DNA of 64,000 nucleotides, taken from an uncultured Alphaproteobacteria bacterium (GTDB lineage Bacteria > Pseudomonadota > Alphaproteobacteria > Methylaequorales > Methylaequoraceae). Shown here one piece after another: positions 20,986 to 31,692 of this stretch. Location: NCBI GenBank assembly GCA_902613995.1, contig CACMJG010000004.1:75563-139562 (forward strand), given 5' to 3'. The number at the start of each line of letters is the position of its first letter. Position 1 is the first letter of the stretch. The notes beneath the pieces are model-generated. The model was given only the letters and a program-made list of their open reading frames with translations, did no database searches and had not been told where the DNA came from. Both the position numbers and the translations under genes were made by a program.

Positions 20986-21189
20986 AAAAATCATTGGATT
21001 CATTTTCTTTTTTTTTTTTTAACTTTTTTTTCTCTCTTTTCTATTGGAAATAAATATCTGGTTAAGATAAATCTTTTTCCATTTCCTTTTTTTTTTGAAT
21101 TACCTTTATATATTCTTGTCCTAGTACTTATATTTGCTGGATTCTTATTAGGTTTAATTTTTTCATTTTTTAAAAAACTGTTTAATTAG
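20969..21189 (+). pseudogene. lapA: LapA-family (DUF1049) membrane protein, frameshifted at a T13 run; not in ORF track
   Basis: The ATG 20969 frame stops at TAA 21020-22; one extra T in 21008-21020 gives MSLKIKKIIGFIFFFFFLTFFSLFSIGNKYLVKINLFPFPFFFELPLYILVLVLIFAGFLLGLIFSFFKKLFN*, two TM segments, in the ihfB-lapA-pyrF slot. Confidence 0.72.
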
Positions 21190-21193
21190 AAAT

Positions 21194-21895
21194 ATGAATT
21201 TTAGAAATTTAATTTTTTGTGCAATTGACTTTACAGATATAGAACAATCAAAAAGGTTAATATCAAAAATACAAAAATATGTTGGTGGAATTAAAATTGG
21301 TCTAGAATTTTTTTCCAGCAATGGGCCTGCAGGATTTCTTGAAATTAAAAAACTTGGAATACCAATCTTCTTAGATTTAAAGCTAAAAGATATACCTAAC
21401 ACTGTTAAAAAATCTGCTCAAAATCTAATTAATTTAAAGCCTGACTATTTGTCTATTCACCTCTCAGGTGGCTTGAAAATGGTTGAGGAGGTGGTTTCAA
21501 TTAAAAAAAATACAAAAATTTTAGGCATTTCAATGCTCACTAGTTTGGATAACTCAGATTTGAAAAGTTTTGGTTATAATTTAAGTAATTTAAATTATGT
21601 AGAGAATTTAGCAAAAATTGGAGAAAAAGCTCGCATAGATGGTTTGGTTTCTTCAGCTGAAGAAATTCCTCACTTGAAAAGAAGTTTAAATAACACCAAT
21701 ATGCTATTCGTTACACCAGGTATAAGACTTAACAAAAAAAAGATAAATGATCAAAAAAGAATAAATTCGCCTGGTCAGGCTGTTAAAAATGGATCTAAAA
21801 TGTTAATTGTTGGAAGATCAATTACACAATCTGCCGATCCAATTAATTCAATTAAGTGCATTTTACAAGATATAGAAAAACACTATGAACATTAA
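21194..21895 (+). CDS. pyrF: Orotidine-5'-phosphate decarboxylase
   Basis: IKIGLE, FLDLKLKDIPNTV, VTPGIR, DQKR, VGRSIT. Confidence 0.96.
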   Translation: MNFRNLIFCAIDFTDIEQSKRLISKIQKYVGGIKIGLEFFSSNGPAGFLEIKKLGIPIFLDLKLKDIPNTVKKSAQNLINLKPDYLSIHLSGGLKMVEEVVSIKKNTKILGISMLTSLDNSDLKSFGYNLSNLNYVENLAKIGEKARIDGLVSSAEEIPHLKRSLNNTNMLFVTPGIRLNKKKINDQKRINSPGQAVKNGSKMLIVGRSITQSADPINSIKCILQDIEKHYEH

Positions 21896-22538
21896 AATTA
21901 AATTGTGTGGACTTCGAGATAAAGAATCAATTTTAGCAAGTTCAGGCGCTAACTATATAGGTTTTGTTTTCTATCAAAAATCTCCTAGATTTATAAATGC
22001 TTTAGAAGCCAAAAAACTCAGACGTTATATAAAAGATAATCAAAAACTTGTTGGACTTTTTGTGGACGCTGATTTGAATTTGATTAATCATATTTCAGAA
22101 ACTCTATGTTTAGATATCATTCAACTCCATGGAAATGAGGATTTAAATTATATAAATGAAATTAAGAAATTAAAAAAGCCTATTATAAAAGCAATACCAA
22201 TTAGAGAAGTTTCAGATATTAAGAGAGCACGTGAATATGAAAAATTATGCGATATGATATTATTTGATACAAAAAGCGAATCTGATGTTAGTGGTGGAAC
22301 AGGAATTTCATTTGATTGGAAACTGCTTAAAGGATATGATTCACAAAAAGAATGGATTCTAGCAGGCGGGTTAAACGAGGAAAATATTGTAAAAGCTTTA
22401 AACATTACAAAGGCTACATTTATTGATGTTTCATCAGGAGTAGAAAAGTCCAGAGGAGAAAAATGTCAAAAAAAAATCAAAAGTTTTATTGAGTATGTCA
22501 AAAATTATGAAAAAAAAAAAAAAAATAAACTATTATAA
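21885..22538 (+). CDS. trpF: Phosphoribosylanthranilate isomerase
   Basis: [36 protein letters not shown]. Confidence 0.96.
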   Translation: MNIKIKLCGLRDKESILASSGANYIGFVFYQKSPRFINALEAKKLRRYIKDNQKLVGLFVDADLNLINHISETLCLDIIQLHGNEDLNYINEIKKLKKPIIKAIPIREVSDIKRAREYEKLCDMILFDTKSESDVSGGTGISFDWKLLKGYDSQKEWILAGGLNEENIVKALNITKATFIDVSSGVEKSRGEKCQKKIKSFIEYVKNYEKKKKNKLL

Positions 22539-23724
22539 GTTTCCTGATAAACACGGAAGATTTGGAAAATTTGGAGGAAGATTTGTCGCAGAGACTTTGA
22601 TGCCTTTGTTACTTGATGTTGAAAAAAAATACAAAGAAGTAAGAAAATCAAAGAAGTTTAAAAATGAACTTAGCTATTATTTTGAAAATTATGTCGGAAG
22701 ACCAAGCCCACTCTACTATGCTAAAAGAATTTCTAAAGAGATTGGGGATGTAAAAGTCTATTTCAAAAGGGACGAACTAAATCATACCGGCGCTCATAAG
22801 ATTAATAATTGTGTGGGGCAAGTACTTTTAGCAAAAAAGATGGGTAAAAAAAGGATTGTTGCAGAAACAGGAGCTGGGCAACATGGACTTGCAACAGCAA
22901 CTGTCTGCGCACTTTTTAACCTAAAATGTGTTGTGTACATGGGTGCTTTAGATATTAAAAGACAAGCTCCAAATGTATTCAAAATGAAATTGCTTGGAGC
23001 TGAGATTATCCCAGTAAAATCTGGGACATCCACATTAAAAGATGCCATGAATGAAGCATTAAGAGATTGGGTATCCAATGTTAAAGATACCTTTTATGTA
23101 ATAGGAACCGTAGCTGGACCGCATCCTTATCCAATGATGGTAAGAGATTTTCAATCAATTATTGGGATGGAAGCAAAGAAGCAAATCCTTAAAGTTGAAA
23201 AAAGACTTCCTGATTATTTGGTTGCTTGTATAGGTGGAGGGTCAAACGCACTTGGTCTTTTTTATCCATTTCTTAACAACGAAGATGTAAACATTATTGG
23301 AATTGAAGCAGGAGGAAAAGGTCTAAACTCTAAAATGCATGCAGCTTCTTTGTCAAGAGGAAAACCAGGTTTTTTACATGGTAATTATACTTATTTACTA
23401 CAAAACGAAGAAGGACAAATTACTGATGCACATTCAATTTCCGCAGGTTTAGATTATCCTGGCATCGGGCCTGAACATTCATGGCTTAAGGAAACGGGAA
23501 GAGTAAATTATTTTAGTGCTACTGATAAAGAAGCACTAAATGCATTCAAAATTTGTTCAAAACTGGAGGGTATTATTCCTGCTCTTGAACCATCCCATGC
23601 CTTATCATATCTTCTAAAAAACGCAAAAAAATTTAAAAAAAATCAAATCATTATAATGAATATGTGTGGTAGAGGAGACAAGGATATTTTTTCTATCTCT
23701 GAAAGCTTAGGTATAAAAATTTAG
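22507..23724 (+). CDS. trpB: Tryptophan synthase beta subunit
   Basis: [30 protein letters not shown]; ATG 22507 is followed by A16. Confidence 0.97.
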   Translation: MKKKKKINYYKFPDKHGRFGKFGGRFVAETLMPLLLDVEKKYKEVRKSKKFKNELSYYFENYVGRPSPLYYAKRISKEIGDVKVYFKRDELNHTGAHKINNCVGQVLLAKKMGKKRIVAETGAGQHGLATATVCALFNLKCVVYMGALDIKRQAPNVFKMKLLGAEIIPVKSGTSTLKDAMNEALRDWVSNVKDTFYVIGTVAGPHPYPMMVRDFQSIIGMEAKKQILKVEKRLPDYLVACIGGGSNALGLFYPFLNNEDVNIIGIEAGGKGLNSKMHAASLSRGKPGFLHGNYTYLLQNEEGQITDAHSISAGLDYPGIGPEHSWLKETGRVNYFSATDKEALNAFKICSKLEGIIPALEPSHALSYLLKNAKKFKKNQIIIMNMCGRGDKDIFSISESLGIKI

Positions 23725-23731
23725 GATTTCA

Positions 23732-24535
23732 ATGCAAAACAGGATCGACAAAAAGTTTTCAGAATTAAAAGAAGTTAATAAAAAAGCTCTAGTTGCTTTT
23801 GTTACATCAGGAGATCCAAATCAAAAGATTTCAAAAAATATATTAAATGTACTTAGAGACCAAAAAATTGATCTTGTTGAAATAGGTTTTCCTTTCTCCG
23901 ATCCTATGGCTGATGGACCAACTATTCAAAAGTCAAGTCAAAGAGCAATTAAAGCTGGAGCGAATATTGATAGTACTTTGCAATTAGTTAAAGATTTTAG
24001 GAAAAATGATAAAAATATTCCTATAGTTTTGATGGGATATTTCAATCCAATCTTTCAATACGGTCTTAAGAATTTTTTTTTAAATTGTAGTTTGGTCGGT
24101 GTAGATGGTCTTATAATTGTGGATTTACCGCCTGAAGAAGACCATTATATAAACATATACACCAAAAAACATAATGTTCACAATATTAGATTACTTACAC
24201 CAACTACACATAAAGAGAGATTAAAAAAAATTCTTAAGCACACAAGTGGGTTTTTATATTATGTTTCAGTTATGGGCATTACAGGAACAAAAAAACCATC
24301 TATTAATGAAGTTAGAAGATCCTTAAAAAAAATCAGAAAAATTTCCAACCTTCCCATTTGTGTTGGATTTGGTATTAAAAATAAAAATCAAATACAAAGT
24401 TTAAATAAATTTTCAGATGGATGCGTAGTTGGGTCGGCCATAGTTAGCTTTATAGAAGAATTTGACAAAGGCAAATATTCTGAAAATCAGATGTTAAAGA
24501 ACATATCCGATTTCTTGGCAAATTTAAAAAAATAA
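23732..24535 (+). CDS. trpA: Tryptophan synthase alpha subunit
   Basis: EIGFPFSDPMADGPTIQ, MGYFNP, VDLPPEE, GFGI. Confidence 0.97.
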   Translation: MQNRIDKKFSELKEVNKKALVAFVTSGDPNQKISKNILNVLRDQKIDLVEIGFPFSDPMADGPTIQKSSQRAIKAGANIDSTLQLVKDFRKNDKNIPIVLMGYFNPIFQYGLKNFFLNCSLVGVDGLIIVDLPPEEDHYINIYTKKHNVHNIRLLTPTTHKERLKKILKHTSGFLYYVSVMGITGTKKPSINEVRRSLKKIRKISNLPICVGFGIKNKNQIQSLNKFSDGCVVGSAIVSFIEEFDKGKYSENQMLKNISDFLANLKK

Positions 24536-24550
24536 TGGTAAATTATTTAT

Positions 24551-25393
24551 ATGAACTGGATAACTAATTTTGTAAGACCAAAACTTCAAGCCATTGTTGG
24601 AAAAAAAGAGGTTCCTGATAATTTGTGGGAAACTTGTCCAAAATGCTCTCAAATGTTGCTGAGAAAAGAACTAGTATCAAATCAATATGTTTGTAAACAT
24701 TGTGATTACCATTTTAGAATTAGTTCAAAAGAAAGATTAGAATTATTTTTAGGGAAAAGTTTCATGATAATGGATACACCTAAAATTAAACCAGATCCAC
24801 TAAACTTCAAAGATAGTAAAAAATATATAGATAGATTGAAAATTGCTCAAAAGAAAAATCAAACCAATGATTCCGTTATTGTAGCATCAGGAACTATAAA
24901 TGGGAAAAAAATTGTTACAGCAATTTTCGATTTTAATTTTATGGGGGGGTCGATGGGCATGGCTGCTGGTGAGGCAATAATAACTGCATGCGATTTTGCA
25001 AAAAAAAATCACCTTCCATTAATTATATTTAGCTCGTCAGGAGGTGCACGAATGCAGGAAGGAATCTTGTCTTTAATGCAAATGCCTCGAACCGTTATTG
25101 CGATAAATGCGTTCGGAAAGTTAAACTTACCTTTTATTTCTGTTCTCACTGATCCAACAACTGGCGGCGTTTCAGCTTCATTTGCTATGCTAGGTGATAT
25201 CATAATCGCTGAAAAGGATGCTACTATTGGTTTTGCAGGAAGTAGGGTTATTGAGGATACTATTAAAGAGAAGTTACCTCAAAACTTCCAAAAATCAGAG
25301 TATCTGATGGAGAGAGGTATGATCGATCTTGTTGTTCATAGAAAAGACCTAAAAAAAAAAATTGAAGATTTACTTGATTTCCTTGTAGCTTGA
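24551..25393 (+). CDS. accD: Acetyl-CoA carboxylase carboxyltransferase beta subunit
   Basis: CPKC...CKHC zinc finger, FMGGSMG, SGGARMQEG, PTTGGVSAS. Confidence 0.97.
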   Translation: MNWITNFVRPKLQAIVGKKEVPDNLWETCPKCSQMLLRKELVSNQYVCKHCDYHFRISSKERLELFLGKSFMIMDTPKIKPDPLNFKDSKKYIDRLKIAQKKNQTNDSVIVASGTINGKKIVTAIFDFNFMGGSMGMAAGEAIITACDFAKKNHLPLIIFSSSGGARMQEGILSLMQMPRTVIAINAFGKLNLPFISVLTDPTTGGVSASFAMLGDIIIAEKDATIGFAGSRVIEDTIKEKLPQNFQKSEYLMERGMIDLVVHRKDLKKKIEDLLDFLVA

Positions 25394-25394
25394 T

Positions 25395-26708
25395 TTGAAA
25401 GTGAACAAATCTACAAAAATTTTAAAAAGGCTCGAGCTTTTACATCCCAAAAAAATTGATTTATCTCTTGAACGTTTGAAACGATTACTCAATAAGTTAG
25501 ATAACCCTCATCTTAAATTGTCTCCAGTAATTCATGTGGCCGGAACCAATGGGAAAGGTTCTGTAACCTCCTTTTTAAGATCTATATTTGAATTTTCAAA
25601 CTACAAAGTGCACACTTACACATCTCCCCATTTAATAAATTTCAACGAAAGAATAAGGATTAATTCTAAACTGATAAGCAACAGCGATCTAAATACACTT
25701 TTAGAAGAATGTGAATATTACAATAAAGCAGAGGAAATTACTTTCTTTGAAATTACAACAGCTGCTGCTTTTTTGGCATTCAGCAGGATTGAATCTGATA
25801 TTATTATTTTAGAAACAGGTCTTGGTGGTAGATTTGATGCAACGAATGTAGTTGAAAATAAATTATGCAGTGTAATAACACCAATTTCAATGGATCATAT
25901 GAATTTTCTTGGATCAACAATTGAAAAAATTGCTAAAGAAAAATTAGGAATTTTAAAAAATTCAAAAAAAATAGTCCTATCAAAGCAGCATTCAGTTGTA
26001 AGGAAATTAGCAAGAGTTGAAGCAAAAAGATTGAAGATTGAGCTATTAGAAGAAGGATCAAATTGGAAAATTAAAGAAAAAGATTTTATAAAGAAAAATT
26101 TCAGTATGTTTTTTGAGAAGGCACATTATAATTTTAATTTTCCTGAACTTTTTGGTGAACATCAGATAGATAACGCCTCAACAGCTGTAGCAACAGTTTT
26201 ATCACTTGGAAGAAAAGACATTTTAGATAAAAATATTGATAAAGGTATTTTATCAGCAAAATGGCCAGCCAGAATGCAAAATCTTAAAAACGGAAATTTA
26301 TCCTCATACATGGGCAAAAATTTTGAGATTTGGTTAGATGGAGGACATAACTTAGAAGCGTCGAATATAATTAAAAACGTAGTTGAAAAATGGAAAAAAG
26401 AAAATGTTTTTTTAGTTATCGGTATGATGATTGGGAAAGATCCATATTCATTCATAAAAAAACTAATAGAAAACCTTTCAGCAATATTTATTTTACCAAT
26501 ACCAAATCATCAGTACATAAGACCATATGAAATAAAAAATAATATTAAAAAAGATATTAGCTCCAAAATAAGCATTGAATGTTCATTAGATATCAAAGAG
26601 GTTTTAAAAATTATAAAGGAAAACTATCCTAGCGGAAAATTAATAATTTGCGGTTCATTATATTTGGCCGGGGAAGTTTTAAAACAAGATGGCTTCAAGA
26701 TTAACTAA
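25395..26708 (+). CDS. folC: Folylpolyglutamate/dihydrofolate synthase
   Basis: HVAGTNGKGS, YTSPHL, ETGLGGRFDATN, LDGGHN. Confidence 0.96.
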   Translation: MKVNKSTKILKRLELLHPKKIDLSLERLKRLLNKLDNPHLKLSPVIHVAGTNGKGSVTSFLRSIFEFSNYKVHTYTSPHLINFNERIRINSKLISNSDLNTLLEECEYYNKAEEITFFEITTAAAFLAFSRIESDIIILETGLGGRFDATNVVENKLCSVITPISMDHMNFLGSTIEKIAKEKLGILKNSKKIVLSKQHSVVRKLARVEAKRLKIELLEEGSNWKIKEKDFIKKNFSMFFEKAHYNFNFPELFGEHQIDNASTAVATVLSLGRKDILDKNIDKGILSAKWPARMQNLKNGNLSSYMGKNFEIWLDGGHNLEASNIIKNVVEKWKKENVFLVIGMMIGKDPYSFIKKLIENLSAIFILPIPNHQYIRPYEIKNNIKKDISSKISIECSLDIKEVLKIIKENYPSGKLIICGSLYLAGEVLKQDGFKIN

Positions 26709-27028
26709 ATCTTTGATTTGAACCAGGTTACTATTTCGCTTTTTGGCAAAAGACCAACTTTCGTGTCGATTAAATTTCCTTCTTTGAATAATAACAATGT
26801 AGGTATGCTTCTTATAGAATATTTCATAGCTAAGTCTTGATTTTCATCTAAATTAACTTTTACTACGTTAATCTCATTTTTCATTTCATTTGAGAGTTCC
26901 TCCAAAATTGGCGTAAGCATTTTACATGGTCCACACCATTCCGCCCAGAAATCAACTATTACCGGAAGATTAGATTTAAGAACTTCGTTTTCGAAATCAT
27001 TTTCATTACAATTTTTTATAGCTGTCAT
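26705..27028 (-). CDS. trxA: Thioredoxin
   Basis: VDFWAEWCGPCK. Confidence 0.97.
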   Translation of the reverse strand: MTAIKNCNENDFENEVLKSNLPVIVDFWAEWCGPCKMLTPILEELSNEMKNEINVVKVNLDENQDLAMKYSIRSIPTLLLFKEGNLIDTKVGLLPKSEIVTWFKSKI

Positions 27029-27040
27029 TTTAGTACTCCA

Positions 27041-28516
27041 TTAATCTGCAAAAAGTTTTTTTGATAAATTCTTATCAAATTGAATTGGATTTGCGTTGGA
27101 ATTATTATAGTAATCATTTAAAAAGTTAATGTAAATATTATACTGATCTATTTGTTCTTTTAAATCATTTCCTAAATCATTTTCCTCTATTTTTAAGGAT
27201 AATGAATCAGCCTCCTCCATAGCTGCTGGAATTGTAATAAATTTTTTTTTCTCTAAAGAACAAATCCTCTCCGAAATTTTTTTATGCAGCAATTTAAAAA
27301 TTTTTCTGGGAAGTTCCTCTGGATAATTTCTATAAATATGACGTGCCGCAAAAAATCTTAGCCTGTGATCTTTAAATTTCTCAGCAAAACTCCACTTCTT
27401 GTCCCATTCCTCGTCATGAAACCTATTCATAATTCTAGAATCGTTGTAATTGAGTTTTTGAGAATAAATTGTTTCCTCTTCTAATTTTATTTCCTGAGAC
27501 TGATTTTCACTGTAATCCGATGATTCTTTTTCCAGGATTTTGTTAAGATTTATCAGAAATTCTTTTTTCTCAAGTTGCTCACACTTTAAATTTATTTCAT
27601 GGTCTGTTAATTCACTGTAAGGACTGAGATTTCTTGCATAAGATTTGTCCAAAATAGATGGCTGTTTATTTAATTTTATTTTCCTAAAAAATGATTTTGA
27701 CCTGTATATTTCTTCTAATTCATCTATGTCATAATTAACAATTTCTGAGGTATCATATTTAAGATCAAATCCAATCATTTGATTTTTGTAAACTGGATGT
27801 TTCAAAAGATTTTTAACAAGATAAACTCTATGCTTGCTAAAAATGTAGTGGTGCATTGTGAAAATATTTTGTTCAAAAATTTTATTTTCTAATTTTACAG
27901 GATACGAATTATTGATGAATATTTTAAAGAGGTCATAATTATTTTTTAAAAGCATTTCCAGAAGTTTCATTGTAGTTTCAACATCTGCAATTGCTTCATG
28001 TGCGTTATCAGACTCAAAACAATTTGCTTTTGCCAAACTTTCCAACTTGAATGTTATCTTTCCTTCATCATTTTCCTCAACATTTAAGGCATTTTTTCTG
28101 AAAGCATGAACTAATGTAACAAAATTAAGTACATCAAGTCTCGAGTTTCCTTTTGTATTTGTTAAGTAAGGAAAAGTAAAATGCTCCCAGAGTGTTTGCC
28201 TAAAAAATTCTTCATCAAAATTTATGGAGTTAAAACCAACAAAAAAGGAGTCTTGGAATTTTGACAAAAAACTATGCATTTGCATCGTCATTTCATAGCA
28301 ACTCAACTTTTCTGAAAGAATATCTGAAATCTTTAATTTATTGACTCTTAAAGCATTGATTGACGGAACAATGTCTGGATTAATGCGTGACTTTAAATTT
28401 AACTTTTTTAACGCTTTTAGGTTTTGATCATAAATTATAATTCCCGCTTGGAGAATTTGATCAAATCGTGAACTTCTTCCAGATGTTTCAAAATCATAAA
28501 CTATAAAATTATTCAC
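27041..28516 (-). CDS. sbcB: Exodeoxyribonuclease I-like DEDDh 3'-5' exonuclease
   Basis: YDFETSG, GFNSINFDEEFFR, NSRLD, FKLESL..AN, AHEAIADV; 491 aa, similar in length to ExoI. Confidence 0.82.
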   Translation of the reverse strand: MNNFIVYDFETSGRSSRFDQILQAGIIIYDQNLKALKKLNLKSRINPDIVPSINALRVNKLKISDILSEKLSCYEMTMQMHSFLSKFQDSFFVGFNSINFDEEFFRQTLWEHFTFPYLTNTKGNSRLDVLNFVTLVHAFRKNALNVEENDEGKITFKLESLAKANCFESDNAHEAIADVETTMKLLEMLLKNNYDLFKIFINNSYPVKLENKIFEQNIFTMHHYIFSKHRVYLVKNLLKHPVYKNQMIGFDLKYDTSEIVNYDIDELEEIYRSKSFFRKIKLNKQPSILDKSYARNLSPYSELTDHEINLKCEQLEKKEFLINLNKILEKESSDYSENQSQEIKLEEETIYSQKLNYNDSRIMNRFHDEEWDKKWSFAEKFKDHRLRFFAARHIYRNYPEELPRKIFKLLHKKISERICSLEKKKFITIPAAMEEADSLSLKIEENDLGNDLKEQIDQYNIYINFLNDYYNNSNANPIQFDKNLSKKLFAD

Positions 28517-29216
28517 AATAATTTTCCTTAAATTTTTTAAGATCCTCTACCGTTCCTATGTGAAACCATTGATTTTCATCTATATAGCCAAATAACTTAT
28601 TTTTTTCTAAAGATTTTAGTATCTGTTCTTTTAATGAAAAGAAATTTTTCTTAATATCCTTAATAATATCCTGCTTAATGATTTGCAGCCCTGTGAAGGC
28701 GTACAAAGGATTTTTTTTTATTTCTAATTTTGATGACGAGAATTTGTCACTTTGGAGATCAAAATCTCCATTACCATTATAACCAAAAAAATCTTCCTTT
28801 CTTTTTAAACATAACAACATATCCATCTTATGTGGGTTCCATAGACTAATGATTTTATCAATTGACTTATATTTCTTGTCATACCAAAAAATATCTCCGT
28901 TTAGAAGTACAATGGGAGTGTTTTCTCTGAAGTATTTCTCGTTAATTGCATTTAATAAGCCACCTCCTGTTTCAAGTCTTTCAGCCTCAACAATAACTTT
29001 TACTGATTTGAACATTTTTGTTTCGTTAATAATTTTTTCTGAATGATGATAAGCATTTACGACAATATTTTTGAATTTAGATTCAATTAATTTTTCAATA
29101 TTATTTTGTAGGAGACTCTTATTATTAATTTCTATAAGCGGCTTTGGTGTGTTCTTTGTTAGTGGTAACATCCTTTTTCCAAGTCCAGCTGAAAATATCA
29201 TTGCCTGCGAAATCAT
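28509..29216 (-). CDS. murU: MurNAc-1-phosphate uridylyltransferase-like nucleotidyltransferase
   Basis: AMIFSAGLGKRMLPLT.. PKPL, LETGGG, WFHIGT; follows amgK. Confidence 0.82.
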   Translation of the reverse strand: MISQAMIFSAGLGKRMLPLTKNTPKPLIEINNKSLLQNNIEKLIESKFKNIVVNAYHHSEKIINETKMFKSVKVIVEAERLETGGGLLNAINEKYFRENTPIVLLNGDIFWYDKKYKSIDKIISLWNPHKMDMLLCLKRKEDFFGYNGNGDFDLQSDKFSSSKLEIKKNPLYAFTGLQIIKQDIIKDIKKNFFSLKEQILKSLEKNKLFGYIDENQWFHIGTVEDLKKFKENYCE

Positions 29217-30157
29217 TACAAACCCAATGGTTTTTCTAAAATCTTAAATAAAGGGCTAAATTTATTTTTTTTTAAATTAGATTCAAGCAAACGCAAAACT
29301 CTAGGGATATGTTTGATATAATTTTTTTTATTGTCTCGCATTTCAAGTCTCTTAAAAATTCCCAAAACTTTAAGGTGTCTTTGAATTGCTATAACAGTGT
29401 ACGAAAATAAAAATAGATCTTTATCAATATATTTAAAATTGTCTAAATAATATTTAATTAAGAAATTCTCTGTTCTTTTTTCTACGTCTATTCTAGCATC
29501 TTGTGTAAGTGAAACAACATCGTATACGCATGGACCTATTAAAGCGTCCTGATAATCAATCCAGCCACATTTGAAATGCTTTTCTTTTTCTTTAAGATAA
29601 AATAAGTTATCAATATGATAATCTCTATGAATAAAGACGCTCGGTAATAAATAGACTTTATCTAAAAAGTCTGAGAAGATTGAATTAAATTCATTTTTTA
29701 ATAATTCGACTCTTTTTTTTGATAAATCTAAATACCAGTCGAAGAATAAATTTGATTCATCAAAAAAGATTTTTTTGCTGTATTGAACAAGTTTTTTGTT
29801 TATTTTTTTTTTATGAATGTACAGGAGTGCATCCAAAGCAACTTTGTACAATTTTATTCTGTTAGATTTTTTCAATACTTCACTAAATTTGTTTTTGTTA
29901 AAATTTTCTATAATTAAAATATCATCTTCTTTTAGATCGGTAATAATTTCCGGAATACTTACATGTTCTTTTAAAAGATAAGAAATTTTTATAAATCTTT
30001 CTAAATTCTTTGAATCGTTATCAAACATCAACACATTTGTATTATTTTCTTGTTTAATCAAAAAATATTTTCTATCTGAAGCATCGCCAGCTAAAAACCG
30101 TAAATTATCGAATTTTATTTTTTTATGATCTAACTTTTTGATTATTTCATTTATCAT
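29216..30157 (-). CDS. amgK: Anomeric MurNAc/GlcNAc kinase-like phosphotransferase
   Basis: LAGDASDRKYF, HRDYHIDNL, IDYQDALIG, QRHLKVLGIF.RL. Confidence 0.85.
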   Translation of the reverse strand: MINEIIKKLDHKKIKFDNLRFLAGDASDRKYFLIKQENNTNVLMFDNDSKNLERFIKISYLLKEHVSIPEIITDLKEDDILIIENFNKNKFSEVLKKSNRIKLYKVALDALLYIHKKKINKKLVQYSKKIFFDESNLFFDWYLDLSKKRVELLKNEFNSIFSDFLDKVYLLPSVFIHRDYHIDNLFYLKEKEKHFKCGWIDYQDALIGPCVYDVVSLTQDARIDVEKRTENFLIKYYLDNFKYIDKDLFLFSYTVIAIQRHLKVLGIFKRLEMRDNKKNYIKHIPRVLRLLESNLKKNKFSPLFKILEKPLGL

Positions 30158-30615
30158 TTCTTTGAATTATATTCACAAATTTTATTTTTATTTATCCTCC
30201 TGACAGTTGCATATCTTAATAAAGATTCATCTTCATCAAGATGTATGTCAATCCTTTTATGGGGCAAATACTCTGTTATAATTTCAGGCCATTCAACTAT
30301 TACACAGTCTAAAAGTGCCAATTCAAAATCCAATTCAAAAATTTCTTTTTTATTGCTAAGTCTAAATAGATCATAGTGCCATATTTTTATGTTTTTTAAA
30401 TCATAAATATTAACAAGCGAAAAGGTAGGGCTTAGGACTCTTATTTTTTTTTTGGATAGATTGTTAATTATGAAACTGGCCAGAGTAGTTTTTCCAACCC
30501 CCAGTTTTCCTCGTAAAGATATAAAACTTTTAGGTTTTAATCTTTTGGCAATTTTTTGTGCTAATTTTTCAGTTTCTCGAAGGTTATCCAAATTAATTTT
30601 AAATTCATCTTTCAT
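30154..30615 (-). CDS. tsaE: t6A biosynthesis ATPase
   Basis: GKLGVGKTT, SPTFSLV, HYDLFRL, VEWPE. Confidence 0.95.
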   Translation of the reverse strand: MKDEFKINLDNLRETEKLAQKIAKRLKPKSFISLRGKLGVGKTTLASFIINNLSKKKIRVLSPTFSLVNIYDLKNIKIWHYDLFRLSNKKEIFELDFELALLDCVIVEWPEIITEYLPHKRIDIHLDEDESLLRYATVRRINKNKICEYNSKK

Positions 30616-30676
30616 TTTTATTAATTATTCTAATATAAATATGTAATTAATGTTTTAAAAACAAAAAAAGATAATT

Positions 30677-31687
30677 ATGAATAAAACTTCAACAGATGTA
30701 TTAGTTATAGGAGCTGGCCCTATAGGGCTGTTCTCAGTTTTTGAGCTTGGACAACTAGGGATGAAATCGTGTGTTGTTGATTCACTTGATATTATTGGTG
30801 GACAATGTTCATCTTTGTACCCTGAAAAACCTATATATGATATTCCTGCATACCCTGAAATATCTGGTCAAAAGCTTATTGATAACCTTTCAAATCAGAT
30901 CAAACCATTTTCGCCAAAATTTATATTGGGAGAGAGAGTTGAAAAAATTATCAAAGAAAATGACGAATTTTTGGTTTTCACTTCAAACAACAAATCAATT
31001 AAATGTAAATGTATATTGATAGCAGCTGGCAACGGAGCTTTTGGGCCCAATAAACCACCTCTTAAAGACATTGAGGAATACGAAAATAAATCAATTTTTT
31101 ATCACATAACTAATAAATCAATTTTTAAAAATAAAAAAATAGCAATTGCTGGCGGCGGTGACTCTGCTGTAGATTGGGCAATTGAATTATCTTCAGTTGC
31201 AGAGAAAGTATTTTTTATTCATAGAAGAAAAAAATTAAGAGCTGCGCCTCATAGTGTTGAAAAACTTTTTTCACTTGAAAAGGAAGAAAAGGTAAAAACA
31301 ATAATACCTTTTCAAGTTCACTCTCTTCAAGGCTCCAAAGGAGAAATCAACACATTGACTGTTAGCAACCTTGATGAAGAAAAAATAGATCTTAAGGTAG
31401 ATTATTTTCTTCCTTTTTTTGGCCTTTCCTCTGAATTGGGTCCTATTAAAGATTGGGAATTGGAAATTGAAAAAAATCTTTTAAGAGTTGACCAATCAAG
31501 TCTTCAAACCTCCGCCAAAGGTATATTTGCAATTGGAGACATATGCGATTATCCCGGTAAGCTTAAACTAATCCTAACTGGCTTTTCCGAAGCTGCAATG
31601 GCTGCTCATAGTTGTTACAAAAAGATTTTTCCTGACAAGGTGCTTCATTTTGAATACTCAACTACATCGGGTATTAAAAAACTATAG
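30677..31687 (+). CDS. Ferredoxin-NADP reductase, thioredoxin-reductase-like type
   Basis: GAGPIGLF, LYPEKPIYDIP, GGGDSAVDW, YPGKLKLIL.GF.E; no CxxC. Confidence 0.9.
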   Translation: MNKTSTDVLVIGAGPIGLFSVFELGQLGMKSCVVDSLDIIGGQCSSLYPEKPIYDIPAYPEISGQKLIDNLSNQIKPFSPKFILGERVEKIIKENDEFLVFTSNNKSIKCKCILIAAGNGAFGPNKPPLKDIEEYENKSIFYHITNKSIFKNKKIAIAGGGDSAVDWAIELSSVAEKVFFIHRRKKLRAAPHSVEKLFSLEKEEKVKTIIPFQVHSLQGSKGEINTLTVSNLDEEKIDLKVDYFLPFFGLSSELGPIKDWELEIEKNLLRVDQSSLQTSAKGIFAIGDICDYPGKLKLILTGFSEAAMAAHSCYKKIFPDKVLHFEYSTTSGIKKL

Positions 31688-31692
31688 TTTTG

